Shown here one piece after another: positions 44,673 through 54,253 of a stretch of DNA of 64,000 bases (within the stretch, counting starts at the first letter, position 1; each line of letters opens with the position of its first letter). The DNA lies in IMG/VR virus record IMGVR_UViG_3300027770_000003, one strand, 5' to 3'. The position numbers and the translations under genes were made by a program. This DNA is from an uncultured virus (IMG/VR IMGVR_UViG_3300027770_000003). Taxonomy: Duplodnaviria; Heunggongvirae; Uroviricota; Caudoviricetes. Below the pieces are notes generated by a model, which did not search any database, was not told where the DNA came from, and was given only the letters and a program-made list of their open reading frames with translations.

Positions 44673-47389
44673 TAGCCATTCCTCAACAGTTCTTTTCTAA
44701 GTTCTCGTTCCATAATTTGGGCAATTTCTTGCGCCATCTTTCTTGCGTCTTGTTGTGTACTACCAGAGGAAGTTACATAGATATTAGGAGCAATTGTAAC
44801 ATTAGTTCCACCTTGTACTTGTACGTTTGGTGCTCCACGAGATGGTCCACTAGGCATAGGGTCACCACGATCAACACCAGCAGTGTGGGCAGCAACTTTT
44901 GCTTTCTGCATCCAACTTTCTGTCTTAGCCATTGGACCACCTTCGTGTTTCCAAGGGACATAATTCTCACTCTTTCCACCGCCTAATATCCAAGCACCTT
45001 TAATATTGTTGATTGGATCATAAAGGTCTTCGTTAGTTTGGATACCGATTTTCTTCAAGCGATCTGGTCCAAGGCTGCCTTTCATATTGATTTGGAATAA
45101 ACCATATGAACGATCTACTCCAACTCCGTTATATGCTCCAGGTGTCCACGCAGATTCTCTACCTGCAATTGCCATCATGTTCAACAGGTGCTGTCCACGA
45201 AACCCTCGCTTGTACATCAAAGTTGCAAGTGTTACAGGATCAATTGTTCCTGCTGGAGGAGTTCCTGCGGATTGTGGAGTTGAACTAGAAGTCTTTCCAG
45301 TGCTTTGTGCTTGCACACTGCTACTACCACTTCCAGAAGCACCACCCATTGCTTGGTGGTTTTCAGAAGATATTGCACTTATTTGTTGACTTAGGGACAT
45401 TCCTTGAAATGTACTGTACGTCCCTGCTCCACCACTACCACTTTTGCCTACGTACTTATCTCCAATAATGTAAGCACCAGTATCTGATCCACTGCTTCCT
45501 TTAGATGTTCCTGGAGGAGCGCCCCATTTAGAACCATTCTTTTCATATTCCCATCGGGAGTTAGGAAGTTCTGCTGGTTGAATGTGCCAAGGCTCACCGT
45601 TGACATCTCCAAAAGTCTTAAGTCCAAATCGGGCAGCATTCTTCTGTACCCAGTCAAGGTCTCCAACAAGGTCGGCAGCAAGTCCAATTTCGTGCATAGA
45701 CTTTCCTGGAGGTGCCGCAGGAGCACCGCTTGTGTGTTTGTACTGTTCCCCATTCCATTCAGCATCGCCCTCTGATCCATCCGTTACTTTTGAATAGCGA
45801 GAAAGGAATAGTTGCTTTTGTGTACCCTCTGAACGGATACCTTCACCAATACCTACGTTGGGGTTCTCCGCAAACATCTGTAGCAGGCGGTTCTTAAATG
45901 TTGTGTTCATTGGCGCAAATGTAGATGCAGTTGCTACTTGAGAAAGTGGAACACGGTTAGCAGGCTTAGAGTAGCCCATAGGTACAGACACACCAGATCG
46001 TTGTTTTTTATCTGCTGGCATAGGGTCACCACTAGCCATTACACCGCCAGCACCAATCATACCCATAGCAAGCGGTGTTAACGTACCTCCAGACATTACA
46101 CCTGAGAGGACACCCAGCCCCATCAGTCCCATTCCACCAAGTTTTCTTGCCATTCCACCTTTAGTAGATACCCCTGCCCCAACAATTCCAGAAAGTTTAT
46201 CTTCAAATGCGCCTAAAGCCTTAGTTACTTTCTGAATTCCTTCTTCCATGCGGGCGTAGTTATCTGCTTGACGCTTATAGAAGTTCTCATCTCTTCCTTC
46301 TTTTACACGGGCAGTCTCTTCTGCTTGTGTTGCAAAGTTCTTTTCAATTCCCATCATCTTTCGTTGTTCTTTATTGGAAGGGTCGTACATTCCCTTCCCA
46401 CCCTTCTTCTGATACGCAACATTAGAATCGGCATAGTCAAGAACCATGTCAATCATGTCTGGTGGAACACCCATTGATTCCAACCGTGTTCTTGTTACCG
46501 ACCCAGATTGACGTGCTCCCTTAAGCACTCCAGCATTAGTTAAACCAGAATTCTTTGTAATGTCTTTAATAACTTGGTCAATGCCACGTTGTTGTCCACC
46601 TACTCCATAGATACCTGTTCCAAGCATCATGGTCATACGGTTGTTTACTTGGGCAGATCCCAAAGTATTAACCATGTTTGCCATGTCCCCAGTTGAATAG
46701 GAATACCCAGACACGGCACGAAGCCCAGCAATACCACCTGCTTGTTTAGATGCTTCAATCCCTGTACTTGCTTGAAGCGAAAGCAACGTATCAATTCCAC
46801 CATAACCAAGTCGTTGATTTTGAAGTGGTTCTCGCAGTTGGTGGTAATACTGATTGTTTGTAATTCCTTTGTTTTGCTGGTAGTAAACACCAAGTTTGTC
46901 AGCACCAAGAGATCTTTGGTAATTGCTATTTATACGATTGTCTAGTGCCTGAAGACTAGATTGAAATACTTGCATTGCAGTACCAGCAAGCATTCCTCCC
47001 GTTCTTCCAACACCCCCTCCTCCTCCTCCTCCTCCTCCACCGCCCCCACCACCAGCGGCTTGGTTAATAGTGATGTTTTGAATTGCTTGCTTAGCGTCTG
47101 TTGAGTTGGCTTGGATTGTTGGGTTACTAGTATTGTTATTGGCTGAACCTAGTGGTAACTCAATACCACCAGCACTTTTATTTGCTTGTGTTCCTGGAAG
47201 ACCACCAGCCTTTTGGATACCCTGTAAGGCTTTAAGAGTTTTATCTAATTTGGTATTAATTTGCGTTAGGTTTTTACTAAGCCATTCAAAGTCACCACGA
47301 ACGCCTTTAACGCTTTTAGCCAACTTATCAATAGATTCCGTATCAAGTTTGAACTTGGTACGAAGATCTCCTAGGTTTTTCTCTGCCAT
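44672..47389 (-). CDS. Tape measure protein with M15 peptidase and SLT domains
   Basis: Position; APPGKSMHEIGLAAD...EPWH; AGRES...SYGLFQIN. Confidence 0.85.
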   Translation of the reverse strand: MAEKNLGDLRTKFKLDTESIDKLAKSVKGVRGDFEWLSKNLTQINTKLDKTLKALQGIQKAGGLPGTQANKSAGGIELPLGSANNNTSNPTIQANSTDAKQAIQNITINQAAGGGGGGGGGGGGGGVGRTGGMLAGTAMQVFQSSLQALDNRINSNYQRSLGADKLGVYYQQNKGITNNQYYHQLREPLQNQRLGYGGIDTLLSLQASTGIEASKQAGGIAGLRAVSGYSYSTGDMANMVNTLGSAQVNNRMTMMLGTGIYGVGGQQRGIDQVIKDITKNSGLTNAGVLKGARQSGSVTRTRLESMGVPPDMIDMVLDYADSNVAYQKKGGKGMYDPSNKEQRKMMGIEKNFATQAEETARVKEGRDENFYKRQADNYARMEEGIQKVTKALGAFEDKLSGIVGAGVSTKGGMARKLGGMGLMGLGVLSGVMSGGTLTPLAMGMIGAGGVMASGDPMPADKKQRSGVSVPMGYSKPANRVPLSQVATASTFAPMNTTFKNRLLQMFAENPNVGIGEGIRSEGTQKQLFLSRYSKVTDGSEGDAEWNGEQYKHTSGAPAAPPGKSMHEIGLAADLVGDLDWVQKNAARFGLKTFGDVNGEPWHIQPAELPNSRWEYEKNGSKWGAPPGTSKGSSGSDTGAYIIGDKYVGKSGSGGAGTYSTFQGMSLSQQISAISSENHQAMGGASGSGSSSVQAQSTGKTSSSTPQSAGTPPAGTIDPVTLATLMYKRGFRGQHLLNMMAIAGRESAWTPGAYNGVGVDRSYGLFQINMKGSLGPDRLKKIGIQTNEDLYDPINNIKGAWILGGGKSENYVPWKHEGGPMAKTESWMQKAKVAAHTAGVDRGDPMPSGPSRGAPNVQVQGGTNVTIAPNIYVTSSGSTQQDARKMAQEIAQIMERELRKELLRNG

Positions 47390-47545
47390 TATGACTCCTG
47401 TTTACGCCATTTGCTCATTGCTGACCAGTAGGATCTTTGCCGTACAGTCATCGTTTTAATATCTTTGAGCGAAAAGCCCTTGTAAACAGTTGCTATGGAA
47501 TCGTAGTCCCAATATGTTACTACTAAATTAGCCGAATAAAAGTGA
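47389..47545 (-). CDS. Frameshift extension of the tail assembly chaperone
   Basis: Start-less ORF in the +1 frame overlapping the chaperone end at CTT TTA TTC GGC TAA. Confidence 0.55.
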
Positions 47546-48322
47546 GGCCCAGTTAAGCATGATTGGGAAAGGCTTTTCGCAATGGGCACAGTGGGCATCC
47601 ACCTCCTTGATTTCTGGGCCAGGTTGTGCTTCCAATAATCTGTCAATGATTTTTGCTCGGTCTTTCATACCCAATTTCTTAGCCCAAACCAATGGATCAT
47701 TGGGCTTAGTGCCCTCTGCCCAAACAGCACACCTAGCAATAAGGATGGTGTTTTGCTCTGGAATAGTTGTTGCTGTCTTGCTGACATACTGACTATCAGA
47801 GCCAGTAACCAAGTCAAACTTCTGTACTGTCCCGTTTTTAAGTACAACCTCAATGGGTTCTTTTGGATCTATTTCACTGTCACGGTTAGGGAAGTCATCT
47901 AAGTTAATAGACACGTCATTGCTTAAACGACAATGAGGGCAGTTAATTAAGTATTCTCGTTTGTTGCCATACGTTGCTCTGACCGTAGCCAGGAACAAAG
48001 CATCCCTATCACCGATAATAAGAGAATCAATAACCGATGGCTTATCTTTAATACTGGTGTTTCCAATAGAGACAACACTTCTTTTAAGAAGGGCTGCCAT
48101 ATATTGTGCGTACAATAAATCATCATCGGAATCAAGAGCCGCAAGCGCCTCCTCATCTTCTCCAGTGAGTTCAGATACTACGGCAGTGGTTTCCCACTCG
48201 CCAGTAGTAATATTTTTAACTCCTCGGAAGAGTTCAATAGTTACATCTGGTGATTCTTGAATACGGGGTACTGGATCAGACATGGCCTGGTTAAGGGCCA
48301 TAGCATCAGATTGTGTTGCCAT
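47528..48322 (-). CDS. Tail assembly chaperone (T4 gp26-like)
   Basis: ELTGEDEEAL, GDRD...R.ATYG, CPHC, CAHC. Confidence 0.8.
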   Translation of the reverse strand: MATQSDAMALNQAMSDPVPRIQESPDVTIELFRGVKNITTGEWETTAVVSELTGEDEEALAALDSDDDLLYAQYMAALLKRSVVSIGNTSIKDKPSVIDSLIIGDRDALFLATVRATYGNKREYLINCPHCRLSNDVSINLDDFPNRDSEIDPKEPIEVVLKNGTVQKFDLVTGSDSQYVSKTATTIPEQNTILIARCAVWAEGTKPNDPLVWAKKLGMKDRAKIIDRLLEAQPGPEIKEVDAHCAHCEKPFPIMLNWASLLFG

Positions 48323-48367
48323 TACTACTCCTAATTGTTTGGTAAACGAATACTATCTTAAAACGAA

Positions 48368-48988
48368 TTATCGTGCGGCTAGTGCATCAACCTGTGCTGG
48401 ATCCCATTCAACGTAGAAACCCTCATGGTGGATATTCATCTGTTGTACCATGATTCCGTTATCACCAGCATTAAGATCACTAAGACCATAAGCGCCAGGC
48501 CAGCAATTAAACATCTTAAATGCTAATTTAACATTACCTGGCTTTACTGATGTACCAGCAGTGTTGTCCATTTGATATTGAGCATCTCCAGCCATGTATG
48601 GGTGGTCGTACACTTTAACAAGGATGTCACAACGGTAGTTAATAGCATCTCCTGCGGAGCCACCATTAAAACCATTAACACCACCGTTGATCCAAGCATG
48701 CATGAATTTCTGCCACTTCCACAATTGATCTTGACCAGAGAAAGCACCACGAGCAAAAGAAACTGCTGGGAAATCTGATTGACCAATCATCTTGTGTGGG
48801 TGTGTGTTCATGCCACCTTCACGGTAAGCAATTAACTCATTTTGTACTGATAGCCCACCAACTTGGGCAAAGCCCAGATCGCCTACACCATCAAGTAGGC
48901 CTTTAAGTGAGTCATCAATAGGGACAAATCGTACCGTAAATTTAAAGTTACGTAGAGGATCTGTACGCTGGGTTTGTGCATTTGGCAT
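48368..48988 (-). CDS. Tail tube protein (T4 gp19-like)
   Basis: DPLRNFKF, YREGG, NCWP...DLNAG, HEG. Confidence 0.9.
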   Translation of the reverse strand: MPNAQTQRTDPLRNFKFTVRFVPIDDSLKGLLDGVGDLGFAQVGGLSVQNELIAYREGGMNTHPHKMIGQSDFPAVSFARGAFSGQDQLWKWQKFMHAWINGGVNGFNGGSAGDAINYRCDILVKVYDHPYMAGDAQYQMDNTAGTSVKPGNVKLAFKMFNCWPGAYGLSDLNAGDNGIMVQQMNIHHEGFYVEWDPAQVDALAAR

Positions 48989-48997
48989 TAGTGTCTC

Positions 48998-50542
48998 CTA
49001 GATATTAGTGGTTACTGTGCTTCCACCAGTCCATTGACTGATGGTGATTACGATAAATTCAGCAGGTGATTGCAAGGCAACGCCTACTTCAATGTTTACA
49101 ACTCCATTTTCAATATCTGTTGACGTGTTGTTTCCTGCTCCACAATTTACAAAGAATGCTTCTTGTGCTGTGCGTCCTTTGAGTCCACCAGTTGCCCAGA
49201 ATGTATTTAGCAGGGCAGTAATGCGAACAGTAAGGTCTGTCCAAAGTCGGTCATCGTTTGGCTCAAAAAGTGCTGATGCCGTAGTTGTCTTCAGCGTATC
49301 TTTAAGGAAGTTAAGTGAGCGGCGAACCGACACAAACTTATCTGAAGTGTTACGAGCCTGTGTGCGAGAGCCATTAATGATGACTCCTACTCCAGGAACT
49401 AAGGTAAACAAGTTCAATTGATTTTCTTTGTACAAGGTACCCTGCTCTGCTTCAGTAAGGTTTGCAAGCAAGCCGTACACATTACGGAGATCAAGTCCGT
49501 AACCAGCAGGCGACTTTGCAATACCTCGTGATACTTCTGAACGAACAAACGCACCAGCAACTGCTCCACCTGGGTAAGTGTCACGAACAGCGGCAGCACC
49601 AGTCTTTGTTGGGTCAAACATCTTAAGTGCTGGTCCGTACACTGCTGCGTAACTTGACTTAGTGTATGGCTCAACAGCGTCTGCCAAAGTTTGTTTTGTA
49701 GTTGCTGTGAGTGGGCTATCAATGATTAAGAATGAGTTTCCACGAGCAGCCATGACAGAAATAGCGTTGTTAATAATTGTTGAGGAAGTTTGTCCAACTA
49801 AGTTAAACAACAAACCTGGAGCAATTGTGTCGTAGCGGTTAATGGTATTTGACCAGTCAGTTGAGTCAATGGATGAGCCGTTAGATCCACCCGAGAAAGC
49901 AGTGTTTGCTACATAATCGGCTACACCAACACCAGTCACTGTAATAGCAACTCCACTAGCAACTGTTGCTACGCTTGCTGAAGTTACATACGAAGAGTAG
50001 TTATTTAGAACTGTAGCAACATAACGATTGCTTTCTGGATTCAAAGATAGTCCAGACCAACTCTCTACTGTTGTTCCTTCAAGGTTTATTGTAATAGTAA
50101 ACAATGAATCAATATTTGCTTTTGGCGCAGTTGTGATAGCAGTAAGTGTTTCTGATTGGAATGTGTAATCAGCAGTGAGGTTGTTACCCCATGATCCAAC
50201 CGACTTTGCATTTAGGAGAACCAAGTTGGTGAGTGATCCACCTGCTGGAGTTCCAGTGAGGGCACCAGCAGAAACTACTGCTGCGGCATCGGCAACACGA
50301 GCAACATATGCAGCCTGTCCACCATTAGCAAAGTAATGATAAACGGCATAGCCAAGATCGTAAGCAATCTCTAGATCACCAAAGAGCGCTTTGTACATAG
50401 CCCAAGTTGTAATCAGCGTTGGGGTAATTGGTCCTCGTGCTGCTGTTCCTAAGAATGCAGCAGCCGTTGATCCAGTGTTCTGTTGAATGTTTGTCGCAAA
50501 CGTACCTTCTTGTACGTATACTCCTGGGCGTTCGTAAGCCAT
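48998..50542 (-). CDS. Tail sheath protein
   Basis: RPGVYVQE, YFANGG, KSPAG, FEPND..LW, PAEF. Confidence 0.95.
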   Translation of the reverse strand: MAYERPGVYVQEGTFATNIQQNTGSTAAAFLGTAARGPITPTLITTWAMYKALFGDLEIAYDLGYAVYHYFANGGQAAYVARVADAAAVVSAGALTGTPAGGSLTNLVLLNAKSVGSWGNNLTADYTFQSETLTAITTAPKANIDSLFTITINLEGTTVESWSGLSLNPESNRYVATVLNNYSSYVTSASVATVASGVAITVTGVGVADYVANTAFSGGSNGSSIDSTDWSNTINRYDTIAPGLLFNLVGQTSSTIINNAISVMAARGNSFLIIDSPLTATTKQTLADAVEPYTKSSYAAVYGPALKMFDPTKTGAAAVRDTYPGGAVAGAFVRSEVSRGIAKSPAGYGLDLRNVYGLLANLTEAEQGTLYKENQLNLFTLVPGVGVIINGSRTQARNTSDKFVSVRRSLNFLKDTLKTTTASALFEPNDDRLWTDLTVRITALLNTFWATGGLKGRTAQEAFFVNCGAGNNTSTDIENGVVNIEVGVALQSPAEFIVITISQWTGGSTVTTNI

Positions 50543-50582
50543 TATTTACTCCTCTAACTTAGTGGGGGTTTTGATAGGAAAA

Positions 50583-51269
50583 TCACGAGTTAAAAACATA
50601 GGTTTGATGGCTAATTGTACTACTGATTGACGTGACAGGTTTTGTCTGCGCCAACTGCACTAACTCTTGTCCTGTAATTTCTGCTGACATTTTTAATGTT
50701 AACACCTTACGGAATATGCGTTTTCTGTACCCTGATTCAGTATCCAGTAGATCCGCATTGGTCCAATCCAGCATGTCAAACCTTCGTACCGTATTGTCTG
50801 CGGGGATACGAATGGAGTTATACCTGAAGGGAACAACCTTTGAAAGTAGGGTAGAAGTTAATTGTCTGTCATGTAGTGCAGATCGGCAGTAGACAGAAAC
50901 TTGATAAAGAAGATCCACAGGGATAAATGGGTCGGCAGTCATAAAATGAGCGCTAGCAGAATAGGAGTTACTAGCGCTTACTACAGACGCTTCACTAGGC
51001 CAGTAGGTAGCAAAGGCTGGGTGGTCATCAAACCGAGCATTATGAGTCGTGTCAAAGTACACAGGGTTATCGGAGTATTGACGGTCTGTGGCATGCAACA
51101 CATCTATAAGTTCAATAGTAACAAATGGGTATTCCCGCTCAGTTTCTCCCTCTGGATAGCGAAAGAATACTTTGACAGGACGATGGGCGTTACGATCATC
51201 AATCACATACAGAGAACTAAACCTTGCTTTAATTGCTTCGTCTTCTGCAAGGATAAAGCCAGTTTTCAT
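50583..51269 (-). CDS. Tail completion / neck protein
   Basis: YPFVTI, LLYQVSVY; immediately upstream of the sheath gene. Confidence 0.7.
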   Translation of the reverse strand: MKTGFILAEDEAIKARFSSLYVIDDRNAHRPVKVFFRYPEGETEREYPFVTIELIDVLHATDRQYSDNPVYFDTTHNARFDDHPAFATYWPSEASVVSASNSYSASAHFMTADPFIPVDLLYQVSVYCRSALHDRQLTSTLLSKVVPFRYNSIRIPADNTVRRFDMLDWTNADLLDTESGYRKRIFRKVLTLKMSAEITGQELVQLAQTKPVTSISSTISHQTYVFNS

Positions 51270-51685
51270 TTGCTACGCCCAGTATCGGCTAACTTCTTTA
51301 GTTTACGCTCAATGGACTTACCAAACTTGGAGTTAGCAGTGATAACTTCATGGCGAAGTATTGACTTTGCTCCCGTACTTGGAGAACCATACTCAATTTC
51401 CATTGCTTTTTTACTAGACTTTGCAGTAGTTCCATATACAAATGAACCATCTTTATTGTCCCATTGGATCCTAAAGTCTTCTGCAATATCTTCCCAACCT
51501 TTGTCCTTCTGTGGGAGTACGCCTTGAATACGGGATACTTCTTCTTTCCTGCATTCTTCAATGATGTCATTAAGGTACGTTTCCAGGTTAATCATTAAGT
51601 CACCGTAGTAAGCAAGTGGTGCTGGACAACCTTCAATGAGTTTCTTAGAACTGGAGTTATGGGCAATAGCAGGTGTAGCAACCAT
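51266..51685 (-). CDS. Neck protein, putative
   Basis: IEYGSP motif; position. Confidence 0.55.
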   Translation of the reverse strand: MVATPAIAHNSSSKKLIEGCPAPLAYYGDLMINLETYLNDIIEECRKEEVSRIQGVLPQKDKGWEDIAEDFRIQWDNKDGSFVYGTTAKSSKKAMEIEYGSPSTGAKSILRHEVITANSKFGKSIERKLKKLADTGRSK

Positions 51686-51744
51686 GATGACTCCTCAGTT
51701 CTAGGCGTTGTATCGCTTGACGCTCATCAAGCAATATAAGTTTA

Positions 51745-52275
51745 TCAGGTAGACGCTGGGAGGTTTACAGGCCAAGGATAGTCTTGAGTATTCATCGCTG
51801 CTGGACCTGGATCATTTACCATTTCCTCATCAACATAAATTTCTAAACCTTCAACTACTACAAGAACATCGTCTTTTGCTCTACCTCGTACCCGATACAT
51901 AGAGACACCGTAGTAACGGGCATCATAAAAGAACATATCGTTTAAGTGGCGCTGGTATTCAAATGGTTGGTTGACCCCACCAGTACGCATATCTTCAATA
52001 GAAAAAACTACGTTAACTACTTGTACTGGCTGACGACCTTCAGGAATAGCCCGTTTGGTATCTTCAGTTTCAGTAATCATCAGAGTTGGGAGCACTATTC
52101 CATCTTTATACTTCTTACCACCAGTGGAGGTATTGCCCTCGTCATAGACATCATCTAGGGAACTACCCCCAGCACCAAAGGGAATAAACTCAAACCACGT
52201 AATGAACTCGCCAGCATTGCGCTGGTATTGATGGTACTTGTTACGGATTAGGTTAAGTTCACGCCTTGTGTCCAT
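51745..52275 (-). CDS. Head closure protein, putative
   Basis: Position; beta-rich, DDVYDEG. Confidence 0.55.
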   Translation of the reverse strand: MDTRRELNLIRNKYHQYQRNAGEFITWFEFIPFGAGGSSLDDVYDEGNTSTGGKKYKDGIVLPTLMITETEDTKRAIPEGRQPVQVVNVVFSIEDMRTGGVNQPFEYQRHLNDMFFYDARYYGVSMYRVRGRAKDDVLVVVEGLEIYVDEEMVNDPGPAAMNTQDYPWPVNLPAST

Positions 52276-52278
52276 GAG

Positions 52279-53115
52279 TTAGTACCCTATTACTGAAGAA
52301 CCTGAGTACCCCTGTTCGGGAGCAAAATCAACAATGACATCTTTTCGGAGTGGCTCACTATTGTCGCCATCAACTGGAATGACTCCTGGACTAATTTCTG
52401 GGAAGATTCTTTCAAGTGGTCCATAATACCCAAGTTCACGATCTTTATACAGTGGAACAAGAAGTCCAGTAGTACGAGAAACACGACGAAGATTCATTAT
52501 TTCAATTCTTTCAAAGCCAATATTAAGTGCCCGAGCCTGTCGGTTATAACTATTCTGCCAAAACTCTAAAAGGCTTTGAACCATTCTAAACCTCTGACTG
52601 GCAGGGATATGCACAGACTCAGATGTGGTTACGTCTATGTCTCGGCTATATTCGGTCATTAAGCCCCAAAGACATTCAACTACACAAGACATTCCAATAG
52701 TATCTATAACAATAGAACTCATGCTTTCTATTGGGATATCCAAGTTGTACACATGCTGTTCAATGGCATGTCCAGCATAGAATGCTAAGTCTGTGGGCAA
52801 AACCCAGTCATAGTAATAACCTTCTACAAGTATCTTAGTATTCGCTGCTTGAGTTCCACTTAACCGAATGATTCCATTGCGAGCATCTAATGAGTAGTGG
52901 GCGGAAGCACTAGTATTTGCGCTAAGTTCTGTTGGGGTATTGGATGTGTATGTAGCCACCCATAGAAGATCTGGGTCAATGTTAGGAGTACCTAGTTCGT
53001 ATGTCCTACCAACAGCGTCAAAAGAAACTTGGAAAAACTTAGGATAGTCACGAAGGTACCCTCGGGCTATGTCCGTAACTGTGTCAACAATTGTAGGGGA
53101 GTACTCAACATGCAT
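52279..53115 (-). CDS. Head-tail adaptor protein, putative
   Basis: Position; HIPASQRF, LRRVSRTTG. Confidence 0.6.
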   Translation of the reverse strand: MHVEYSPTIVDTVTDIARGYLRDYPKFFQVSFDAVGRTYELGTPNIDPDLLWVATYTSNTPTELSANTSASAHYSLDARNGIIRLSGTQAANTKILVEGYYYDWVLPTDLAFYAGHAIEQHVYNLDIPIESMSSIVIDTIGMSCVVECLWGLMTEYSRDIDVTTSESVHIPASQRFRMVQSLLEFWQNSYNRQARALNIGFERIEIMNLRRVSRTTGLLVPLYKDRELGYYGPLERIFPEISPGVIPVDGDNSEPLRKDVIVDFAPEQGYSGSSVIGY

Positions 53116-53132
53116 GCTTATAGTTTACTTTA

Positions 53133-53285
53133 CTATTGGTCACCAGAACCAGAACCAGGGACGGTGTCTTGAAGTTGCTGACCCACTGCTGGCTGTGATT
53201 CTCTAAACCTACCTAGGTTGAAACGTCGTACTCTGACAATGTCTGTAATGCTGCCTTCGGGAGTTGGAAGAGTTTCTTCGTTCAC
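53133..53285 (-). CDS. Small hypothetical protein (50 aa)
   Basis: GTGA-coupled ORF MNEETLPTPEG... Confidence 0.5.
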   Translation of the reverse strand: MNEETLPTPEGSITDIVRVRRFNLGRFRESQPAVGQQLQDTVPGSGSGDQ

Positions 53286-53923
53286 AGCCCACCCAATAAG
53301 AATTGGTTTAGACCCACATCTGTTGGCCCCTCATACTTAGCAAGGTTTTGCCAACCAATCTCAGTTGAGTAAACATACAGAGATGATTGTTCTGTTGCTG
53401 GGGTTCCTGTCTTGAAGTACAAATCACCAGGTTCTGCTGCTACCGTGGGTGTAACACTGCCAGAACGAATTACTGTTTCAACAAACTTACGTTTGTCTAC
53501 AACACTTAGACTATTAAAAGTTGTACCTGATTTGCGGTAAAGAGCATACAAAGGAACTTGGTTTGATGCAATTGTTGGAAAAACTGGATTAGTTGCACTA
53601 GCAGTTCCTACAACTGTTATATATGTTGCTATACCCGAAGTAACAGATGCAACAATAATGTCAAAGCGTGGATCTGTGTTTGCGGCGGTAAACGTAAGAG
53701 TTGCAGTAGATACGGGGTAATACAGGCTGTCAACAAAAACTTCACTAGCGGTCAATGTAGCGCTACCTGTTGCAGCAGAAAATACTGTAATGTCTCCGCC
53801 AGTAATTACACCATAGTTACCGTTACCAAGAATCCGAAAATCAAGAGAATCTGGTTCTGCTTGATCAATGCTCTGGAATGTTACACCGTAATCACTTGCA
53901 TTAGGTACTGTAAATCCAGCCAT
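53282..53923 (-). CDS. Virion structural protein (head fibre/decoration-like)
   Basis: PRFDIIV, NPVFP, GDLYF motifs. Confidence 0.6.
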   Translation of the reverse strand: MAGFTVPNASDYGVTFQSIDQAEPDSLDFRILGNGNYGVITGGDITVFSAATGSATLTASEVFVDSLYYPVSTATLTFTAANTDPRFDIIVASVTSGIATYITVVGTASATNPVFPTIASNQVPLYALYRKSGTTFNSLSVVDKRKFVETVIRSGSVTPTVAAEPGDLYFKTGTPATEQSSLYVYSTEIGWQNLAKYEGPTDVGLNQFLLGGL

Positions 53924-53930
53924 TTAAACC

Positions 53931-54179
53931 TCAGAGAGTGTCGTAGATATTTCCTGAGTTCTTCAAGTAATTGAAGAGATCACGGGGTAGTTTATAACGC
54001 TGCCCATCAACAAAAGAAAACTGTTCTGTTCCCCAATATTGGGTCCAAGTACCTTTTACTTTTGCATTAATAGTTTGCGTGAGTGTCTTAGCATCCAAGA
54101 CTTCTGCTTCAGTAAGATCTGAAACAAATAGTTCTTCTTCAACTTCAACGAATTCTTTAATTGCTTTTTTTGTTGCCAT
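53931..54179 (-). CDS. Small head-associated protein
   Basis: Follows the capsid gene; FVDGQRYKLP. Confidence 0.6.
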   Translation of the reverse strand: MATKKAIKEFVEVEEELFVSDLTEAEVLDAKTLTQTINAKVKGTWTQYWGTEQFSFVDGQRYKLPRDLFNYLKNSGNIYDTL

Positions 54180-54206
54180 GTCTTGCTCCTTGTTTTTGAG
54201 TTTTCA

Positions 54207-54235
54207 GGGGGATTGGGTTTCTGCCCAACCCCCCC
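54207..54235 (-). terminator. Hairpin after the capsid gene (terminator or mRNA stabiliser)
   Basis: GGGGGTTGGG/CCCAATCCCCC stem; lacks a U tract. Confidence 0.45.
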
Positions 54236-54253
54236 AAATCCTATTACGAATTA

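Noticed and set aside
47012..47053. (CCT)n microsatellite as a phase-variation switch
   Set aside because: Triplet repeat encoding a poly-Gly linker; length change would not shift the frame
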